From positions 7,440,001 through 7,504,000 of the forward strand of contig OZ024766.1 of the NCBI GenBank assembly GCA_964016885.1: a stretch of 64,000 nt of DNA, read 5' to 3'. Below the pieces are notes generated by a model. It searched no databases. It saw only the letters and a program-made list of their open reading frames with translations, and was not told the origin of the DNA. Position 1 is the stretch's first letter. Each line of letters begins with the position of its first letter. Source of the DNA: Eledone cirrhosa (Eukaryota). Shown here one piece after another: positions 56,885-64,000 of the stretch. A program made the translations under genes and the position numbers.

Positions 56885-57852
56885 ATTTCATTTTACGTCC
56901 GCTTTTTCCCTGCTTGCAAGGGTGGGACGGGAACTGATTCTGGCTTGATTTCTACAGCTGGATGCCCTTCCTAACACCAACCTCATTTACAGTGAGTGCT
57001 GGGTGATTTTTTTGCCGTGGCACCTCCACGACCACTTTGCAGTGGAATGATAGGGACCCCAGTCCCTATCATTCATTTCTACAGCTGGATGCCCTTCCTA
57101 ACACCAACCTCACTTACAGTGAGTGCTGGGTGCTTTTTTTTTTGCCGTGGCACCTCCACGACCACTTTGCAGTGGAATGATAGGGACCCCAGTCCCTATC
57201 ATCTCATTTCTACAGGTGGATGCCCTTCCTAACACCAACCTCATTTACAGTGAGTGCTGGGTGATTTTTTTGCCGTGGCACCTCCACGACCACTTTGCAG
57301 TGGAATGATAGGGACCCCAGTCCCTATCATCTCATTTCTACAGCTGGATGCCCTTCCTAATACCAACCTCATTTACAGTGAGTGCTGGGTGATTTTTTTG
57401 CCGTGGCACCTCCACGACCACTTTGCAGTGGAATGATAGGGACCCCAGTCCCTATCATCTCATTTCTACAGGTGGATGCCCTTCCTAACACCAACCTCAT
57501 TTACAGTGAGTGCTGGGTGATTTTTTTGCCGTGGCACCTCCACGACCACTTTGCAGTGGAATGATAGGGACCCCAGTCCCTATCATCTCATTTCTACAGC
57601 TGGATGCCCTTCCTAACACCAACCTCATTTACAGTGAGTGCTGGGTGATTTTTTTGCCGTGGCACCTCCACAACCACTTTGCAGTGGAATGATAGGGACC
57701 TCAGTCCCTATCATCTCATTTCTACAGCTGAGTAAACTGGAGCAATGTGAAATAAAGTGTCTTGCTCAACGAAACAACACATCACCCGGTCTGAGAATTG
57801 AACTCACAACCTTTCGATTGCAAGGCCAATGCTCTAACCACTAAGCCATGTG
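56885..57852 (-). mobile_element. SINE with a 128-bp internal array (x6)
   Basis: Unit bounded by the native direct repeat atttctacagctg. Confidence 0.9.
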
Positions 57853-58010
57853 TGTTTATTTTTATAATTCCGCACGAGGTGAACTAGCCTGCTTTTAAAT
57901 TCCCTTTTTGGTATATTATAAACAGTAGCCATAGGGTTATCGTGTTTGAGCTCTACTGATGAACGACTCCAACCGTGACCATCCCCACTGAAAAGTTTCG
58001 TGAAATAGTC

Positions 58011-58355
58011 TGGAGGCACATCGCTTAGTGGTTAGAGCATTGGGCTTGCAATCGAAAGGTTGTGAGTTCACTTCTCAGACGGGGTGATGTGTTGTTTCCT
58101 TGAGCAAGACACTTTATTTCACATTGCTCCAGTTTACTCAGCTGTAGAAATGAGATGATAGGGACTGGGGTCCATATCATTCCACTGCAAAGTGGTCGTG
58201 GAGGTGCCACGGCAAAAAAGCATCCAGCACTCACTGTAAATGAGGTTGGTGTTAGGAAGGGCATCCAGCTGTAGAAATCAAGCCAGAATCAGTTCCCGTC
58301 CCACCCTTGCAAGCAGGGAAAAGCGGACGTAAAATGAAAAGATGAAATGAATGAT
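58011..58355 (+). mobile_element. Full-length SINE, inverted relative to 56885-57852
   Basis: tggaggcacatcgcttagtggttagagcattggg..gagttcacttctc head; RTE-type tail. Confidence 0.9.
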
Positions 58356-59084
58356 GATATATATATATATAACAAAGGAATTGTGGTAAGGAACCAGATA
58401 GACCATAACGCACCAGAGTACTCAATACTTAGGGTAGTAGAGTGTTTACAACAAATTTTAACCAATCCTCTTGACAACTACAATCTTCCCATATAAGGAA
58501 GTACCCCCTTGAAAAGTTCGGCTATTTATTCACCAAGCTAAAAATTTTAATTTAGTCCAGAAATAGCCGTCGAAACGGCTTGAGCTCTGCCGTCGAGGTC
58601 ATACTTTTTCCTATATATATATATATATATATATAGTTTCCATTTATTTAATATCATTGTATATATATATATATATATATACAATGGTATTAAATAAATG
58701 GAAACTATCTTTATAAAACCATATTTATTCTATTATATAGATTTCAAGGGTACCAAAATTTTGGTACGCTCTCATCAGATAAAATATGAAGTGTGTTTTA
58801 TAAATTTTGACATAACCAAGGATAATATACCTTAATGGTTCAAGTTTTCCTTGGAAAGTGAAGGGATAAGAGAAGAAAAGTCAGATATTTCAAATTATTA
58901 AGATGAGTATGCAAATGAGGTTTAGGTAAAAGGGCTGAAAAAAACGTTATTTTAGACGCTATGGAAAATTTAAATAATTATGATAAGTTATTGTATGCGA
59001 AGGAAGGAAGAGAAAGGGCTAGGAATTAGTTAATTTGAGGAAAAGATTTATTTACCTATATTATGAGTTATAATATTGTATAAT

Positions 59085-59530
59085 ATTGCCATCAGGCATC
59101 TACCATACTCTGAGCGCCTTGCTTCCCTGGGCATGGATACATTGAAGCTCCGACGCCTGGCAACTGACTTGGTAAACACTCACAAAATTGTTAACCATGT
59201 TGCCAACAACAACCCTGAGTACCTTTTTGATTTCCATGTGCCTAACACACGTGGACATGCCCACAAAGTAAGAAAACAACACAGCTCCCATGACTTTCGG
59301 AAACATTTTTTCACGCTCAGAGTTGCTGAAGCATGGAACAAACTACCTGCATCAGTTGTTAGCTGTCGAGACACTGCATCCTTTAAGGCCGCCATGCTTC
59401 CCGAGATCCGCCAACACTACAGCTAACACATACACACATGTACTTCCCTGACATTTGTGTATTATTCTATGTACTATATTGACGAGTTGTAGTGCACCTG
59501 AACACTTTACACAATAATTTCATTATTATA
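59085..59530 (+). mobile_element. CR1-clade LINE 3' fragment
   Basis: LPYSERLASLGMDTLKLRRLATDL..TRGHAHKV..FRKHFFTLRVAEAWNKLP, then a 3' UTR and (ATT)n. Confidence 0.85.
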
Positions 59531-59539
59531 TATATATAT

Positions 59540-59660
59540 GGTGAAGGCGTGTGGCTGAGTGGTTAGAGAATTGGATTCGCAATCGTGAGGTTGTGAGTTC
59601 AATTCCTGGACCGGGCGATGCGTTATGTCCTTGAGCAAGACACTTTATTTCACGTTGCTC
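59540..59660 (+). mobile_element. tRNA-derived SINE 5' fragment
   Basis: tggctgagtgg A box, gagttcaattcc B box, then gtccttgagcaagacactttatttcac. Confidence 0.8.
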
Positions 59661-59863
59661 CTTCTACCTGGAGTTGCGACCGATAGATAGTATTAGCAAC
59701 TGGAAAGACCAACGGAAACTTTGTTTCCTCGGTCCGATTTGACGAAAGTCGATCGTTCCTTAAATATTGTATATATAATCAATTAGATTATATGATGAAT
59801 TATGGTTGTAAGTATTTTTATCTTATTACATTACGATAGGTTATATGTATATATAAATATCTA

Positions 59864-60246
59864 TACACTGTAAATGTGGTTGGTGTTAGGAAGGGCATCC
59901 AGCTGTAGAAAACCCGCCAGACAGTCCACGCTGTAATGTGGCCGTGTAGGTAACACGGTAAAAACCTCCCAGCCCCACACTGTAAATGTGGTTGGTGTTA
60001 GGAAGGGCATCCAGCTGTAGAAAACCCGCCAGACAGTCCACGCTGTAATGTGGCCGTGTAGGTAACACGGTAAAAACCTCCCAGCCCCACACTGTAAATG
60101 TGGTTGGTGTTAGGAAGGGCATCCAGCTGTAGAAAACCCGCCAGACAGTCCTATGCGAGCAAGACAACCACTCTTGCCTCAAGTGGGAAAACTCCCGTCC
60201 AAACCCATGCAAGCGTGGAACATGGACGTTAAACGATGATGATGAT
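59864..60246 (+). mobile_element. SINE 3' half with a 112-bp tandem
   Basis: cactgtaaatgtggttggtgttaggaagggcatccagctgtagaaa x3, then tail. Confidence 0.8.
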
Positions 60247-60831
60247 ATGTATTAATAAATTGCATATGTATTAATTGTTTATATACCAAATATGAGTTAC
60301 GAATGATGTTGAAATTTTATTTTCAAGTTGTGGGAGTAGAATAATTTGTGGATTCAAAAATGTTATTCAACATTGAGAATGTTTTCAGAATATTGTTAAT
60401 TTAACGAAGCTATATCGATTATCAAACAAAAAAAATTGTTTTGTTTGCAACGATTGAGAAAGGGGAGATAACTCCAATTTTGTTTGTTAACCATTAAATT
60501 AGAGAAAAAAAAATTATATATTATTTTGTGCGAGATCCATTATTTTAGTCGAAAGATGTGTGAATGTTTGGATAACAAACAAAGAGAGGATTAAATGTAA
60601 CGCGTTTTTCGAAGAACTAACTTAAAGAGGATAAATTTTCAGAACGTCATTTAAAGATTATCAATCTACATCTAAAATATATTTATAGGGGTGTCCTTAC
60701 AAAAGAATGTCGGAATTAAAAATAATATATATATTTAAGAGTTAAACAAGGTTCAATGAATACATCAAAGAATGAGTTTTACAATAGATTGGAAGCACTC
60801 AACAGTTAAAAAGGTTTTCCAGAGTTATTAA

Positions 60832-61118
60832 TATTAATTCAAAATATTAACAAAATAGATATTCTTGTGATCAATTGTATTTTATTATACATATTTCAGA
60901 GATACTGAGTTAAGTTCAACAGTACGTCCTCATCAGATAAAATAAAATGATACATGACATAACCTGACACCCATCTACCATGTCAGGGTATGTCATGTAT
61001 CATTTTATTTTATCTGATGAGGACGTACTGTTGAACTTAACTTAGTACCTTTGAAATATGTATAATAAAATATAATTGATCACAAGAAAATCTATTTTGT
61101 TAATATTTTGAATTAATA
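60832..61118. mobile_element. Penelope-like inverted pair with divergent hammerheads (family of the 176-bp array)
   Basis: ~135-bp inverted arms around 60970; plus arm reads attttat-CTGATGA-ggacgtact..agtaccttt-GAAA-tatgt-ATA-ataaaat. Confidence 0.75.
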
Positions 61119-61144
61119 TATATACATATATATATATATAAATG

Positions 61145-62560
61145 AGGCAAGCATGCGCCATTGGATGTGCAATGTCAATGTGAGTGAACGACCGAGCATG
61201 GATATGTTGAGAGAGAAACTGTATTTGAGAGGGATACATTGTAGTGTGCAGGAGAGAAGATTGAGATGGTATGGACATGTGATGTGTTGAGAGAAACTGG
61301 GTATAAGAGGGATAAGTTGTAGTGTGCAGGAGAGAAGATTGAGATGGTATGGACATGTGATGTGTTGAGAGAAACTGGGTATAAGAGGGATAAGTTGTAG
61401 TGTGCAGGAGAGAAGATTGAGATGGTATGGACATGTGATGTGTTGAGAGAAACTGGGTATAAGAGGGATAAGTTGTAGTGTGCAGGAGAGGAGACTGAGA
61501 TGGTATGGACATGTGATGTGTTGAGAGAGAAACTGGGTATAAGAGGGATAAGTTGTAGTGTGCAGGAGAGGAGATTGAGATGGTATGGACATGTGATGAG
61601 TTGAGAGAGGAACTGTGTATAAGAGGGATAAGTTGTGGTGTGCAGGAGAGGAGACTGAGATGGTATGGACATGTGATGTGTTGAGAGAAACTGGGTATAA
61701 GAGGGATAAGTTGTAGTGTGTGGGAGAGGAGATTGAGATGGTATGGACATGTGATGTGTTGAGAGAGAAACTGGGTATAAGAGGGATAAGTTGTAGTGTG
61801 CAGGAGAGGAGATTGAGATGGTATGGACATGTGATGAGTTGAGAGAAACTGGGTATAAGAGGGATAAGTTGTAGTGTGCAGGAGAGGAGACTGAGATGGT
61901 ATGGACATGTGATCTGTTGAGAGAGAAACTGGGTATAAGAGGGATAAGTTGTAGTGTGCAGGAGAGGAGACTGAGATGGTATGGACATGTGATGTGTTGA
62001 GAGAGAAACTGGGTATAAGAGGGATAAGTTGTAGTGTGCAGGAGAGAAGATTGAGATGGTATGGACATGTGATGAGTTGAGAGAAACTGGGTATAAGAGG
62101 GATAAGTTGTAGTGTGCAGGAGAGGAGACTGAGATGGTATGGACATGTGATGTGTTGAGAGAGAAACTGGGTATAAGAGGGATAAGTTGTGGTGTGCAGG
62201 AGAGAAGACCGAGATGGTATGGACATGTGATGTGTTGAGAGAGAAACTGTGTCTGAGAGGGATAGAATGTAGTGTGCGGGAGAGGAGACTGCGGTGGTAT
62301 GGACATGTGATGTGTTGAGAGAGAAACTGTGTATAAGAGGGATAAGTTGTGGTGTGTGGGAGAGAAGACTGAGATGGTATGGACATGTGATGAGTTGAGA
62401 GAAACTGGGTATAAGAAGGATAAGTTGTAGTGTGTGGGAAAGAAGACTGAGATGGTATGGACATGTGATGAGTTGAGAGAGAAACTGTGTATAAGAGGGA
62501 TAAGCTGTAGTGTGTGGGAGAGAAGACTGAGATGGTATGGACATGTGATGCACATGGTGG
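61145..62560 (+). repeat. 78/80-bp array (~17 copies) inside an RTE LINE fragment
   Basis: Same RRLRWYGHVM unit as 26085-26725; parent sequence lies upstream (MRHWMCNVNVSERPSMDMLREKL). Confidence 0.92.
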
Positions 62561-62749
62561 ATTGCGAATACAATTCTCAAACGACTCAGCCACACACCTC
62601 CACACACACATATATACACACACACACACACACATATATACACACACACACACATATATATGTATACATAAACCTACACAAGGAAAACCAAAACCCCAGA
62701 AAAACAGAGGCCCCATCCATCACTGAAAAAGAATACAAAGGCCTCTTAC

Positions 62750-62920
62750 TTCATTATAAAAGACAGCAAACAACTATAGAGTGAAGGGGTATACATGTTC
62801 CCTATTCTGTTAGCCAAAAAAAGGGACGGCTTTGTTTTCTTCAAGAACATGCTCTCGCTGCAACTCACGAATGCAGACTCGACTTTCTTATCTCCGTAGG
62901 TAGATTCCAGAGAAATTTGC
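62750..62920 (-). CDS. HMGCS1: HMG-CoA synthase exon (absent from the ORF track)
   Basis: QISLESTYGDKKVESAFVSCSESMFLKKTKPSLFLANRIGNMYTPSLYSCLLSFIM, with the GNMYT signature. Sites tttccag| and aa|gtaaga; 171 nt; phases join to the 56775 exon. Confidence 0.96.
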
Positions 62921-62979
62921 CTGGAAATAAATAAAGATATAAAGATATATGTTTATTTACAGAAATATGATATGTAGGT

Positions 62980-64000
62980 TGTGTAGGTGACAACAAAAAG
63001 CTCCCAGCTTTTTGTTGTATCACATAAAGTCGTTGCGTAGGTGTGTGTTACAACAAAAAGCACCCAGTCCACACTGTAAAGTGGTCGTGTAGGTGTTACA
63101 ACAAAAAGCACCCAGTCCACACTGTAAAGTGGTCGTGTAGGTGTTACAACAAAAAGCACCCAGTCCACACTGTAAAGTGGTCGTGTAGGTGTTACAACAA
63201 AAAGCACCCAGTCCACACTGTAAAGTGGTCATGTAGGTGTCATGACAAAAAGCACCCAGTCCACACTGTAAAGTGGTCATGTAGGTGTCATGACAAAAAG
63301 CACCCAGTCCACACTGTAAAGTGGTCATGTCAAAAAGCACCCAGTTCACACTGTAAAGTGGTCATGTAGGTGTTACAACAAAAAGCACCCAGTCCACACT
63401 GTAAAGTGGTCATGTAGGTGTTACAACAAAAAGCACCCAGTCCACACTGTAAAGTGGTCGTGTAGGTTTCATGACAAAAAGCACCCAGTCCACAGTGTAA
63501 AGTGGTCATGTAGGAGTCATAACAAAAAGCTCCCAGTCCACAACTGTAAAGTGGTCATGTAGGTGTCACAACAAAAAGCACCCAGTGCACTGTAAAGTGG
63601 TCATGTCAAAAAGCACCCAGTCCACACTGTAAAGTGGTCATGTAGGTGTCATGACAAAAAGCATCCAGTCCACAGTGTAAAGTGGTCATGTAGGTGTCAC
63701 AACAAAAAGCTCCCAGTCCACACTGTAAAGTGGTCATGTAGGTGTCACAACAAAAAGCTCCCAGTCCACACTGTAAAGTGGTCATGTAGGTGTCACGACA
63801 AAAAGCTCCCAGTCCACACTGTAAAGTGGTCGTGTAGGTGTCACAACAAAAAGCTCCCAGTCCACACTGTAAAGTGGTCATGTAGGTGTCACAACAAAAA
63901 GCTCCCAGTCCACACTGTAAAGTGGTCGTGTAGGTGTCACAACAAAAAGCTCCCAGTCCACACTGTAAAGTGGTCATGTAGGTGTCACAACAAAAAGCAC
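62980..64000. repeat. 51-bp SINE-derived minisatellite running off the window
   Basis: Same unit as 28855-30720. Confidence 0.95.

Noticed and set aside
58011-58085. tRNA gene (also 59545-59615)
   Set aside because: A/B boxes are present but continue into a multi-copy SINE body; no proper acceptor stem.

Overview
Eukaryotic, AT- and microsatellite-rich genomic DNA, probably an octopod cephalopod (inferred from the SINE/RTE/Penelope repeat style, not verified). Two spliced minus-strand genes are recognisable. The first is the last four coding exons of HMG-CoA synthase (HMGCS1-like, 62920->50604). The second is the 5' part of CHTOP: an NRF1/YY1/ETS promoter near 35.3 kb, coding exons at 18953-18892 and 7202-7049, and a probable 81-nt cassette exon at 2976-2896. 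Almost all long ORFs in the supplied track are artefacts of micro- or minisatellites. Main things worth a second look: (1) CHTOP introns carry unique GC-rich structured islands, including a ~85-bp dsRNA hairpin that buries a 3' splice site, plus candidate poison exons, which suggests an RNA-structure/ADAR-linked autoregulatory system. (2) About 25 type I hammerhead ribozyme motifs, including a 176-bp retrozyme-like tandem array and palindromes that fold back at ribozyme helices. (3) Three different RTE-clade LINEs were each turned into minisatellites at the same homologous 'RLRWxGHxxR' coding motif. Coordinates of repeats are approximate; exon boundaries were read by hand.
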